Source: Octopus sinensis
Lineage: Eukaryota
DNA: 64,000 nucleotides
Direction: 5' to 3'
NCBI RefSeq assembly: GCF_006345805.1
Contig: NC_043011.1
Span: 32,128,464-32,192,463 of the forward strand
In this document: one piece after another, positions 63,540-64,000 of the stretch
Numbering within the stretch: position 1 is the stretch's first letter
Layout: each line of letters opens with the position of its first letter
Made by a program: the position numbers and the translations under genes
The notes under the pieces: model-generated
Database searches by the model: none
What the model saw: only the letters and a program-made list of their open reading frames with translations
Told to the model about the DNA's origin: nothing

Positions 63540-64000
63540 CTAAGACCTGTTGAGGCAAGTGAAATCGAAATCAGTTTCGATGACTGGCATCCGTGCTAGT
63601 GGAGCGCTAAGAGCACCATCCGACCATGATTGTTGCCAGAGCAGCTGACTGGCTTCCATGCTGGTGGCACGTAAAAAGCACCATTCAAGCATGATCATTA
63701 CCAGTGTCGCCTTACTGGCACTTGTACTGGTGGCATGTGAAAAAACATTCGAGTGAGGACGTTGCCAGTGCCGCTGGACCGGCTCCTGTGCAGGTGGCAC
63801 GTAAAAAACACAATTTGAGCGTGGCCATTGCCAGTACCGCCTGACTGGCCCTCGTACTGGTGGCATGTAAAACCACCCACTACACTCTCGGAGTGGTTGG
63901 TGTTAGGAAGGGTATCCAGTTGTAGAAACTCTGCCAGATCAGATTGGAGCCTGGTGCAGCCATCTGGTTCGCCAGTCCACAGTCAAATCGTCCAACCCAT
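63540..64000 (+). mobile_element. RTE-family 3' UTR element with an internal array of about 57-bp units (others: 3480-3835, 13945-14520, 17210-17465, 25345-25720, 26085-26500, 34200-34430, 41490-41655, 42405-42545, 44830-45120, 49500-49780, 61320-61655)
   Basis: Shares its 3' portion (AGGAAGGGCATCCAGCTGTAGAAAC...CCATGCTAGCATGGAAAGCGGACGTTAAACGATGATG) with the ORF-bearing RTE copies at 425-1890 and 18735-19445. This copy is cut by the window edge. Confidence 0.85.

Overview
AT-rich, microsatellite-dense animal genomic DNA. The repeat families look like coleoid cephalopod, most likely Octopus (recognised from memory, not searched). One protein-coding gene can be rebuilt on the + strand from seven coding exons between 31258 and 53294, all with GT-AG introns and matching phases. 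It encodes about 960 aa from ATG 31267: a long Ser/acidic disordered N-terminus and a C-terminal C3H2C3 RING-H2 ending WLIKSGTCPVCRHVL, i.e. a Praja-like E3 ubiquitin ligase. Most of the rest is transposon-derived: tRNA-head SINEs, RTE and CR1-group LINE fragments, mariner and Tigger remnants, TTAA-flanked piggyBac-like MITEs, a hAT MITE, a MITE with a 6-bp target site duplication (TSD), non-autonomous Helitrons and long microsatellites. The most interesting signal is a set of minimal type I hammerhead-ribozyme motifs: near-canonical at 17786-17831 and 43251-43329, plus a degenerate inverted pair at 33401-33573. They lie in short elements with direct or inverted terminal duplications next to (TA)n or (ATT)n tracts, as expected for Penelope-like or retrozyme-type retroelements. 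Nearly all short ORFs in the supplied track are artefacts of microsatellites and SINEs.
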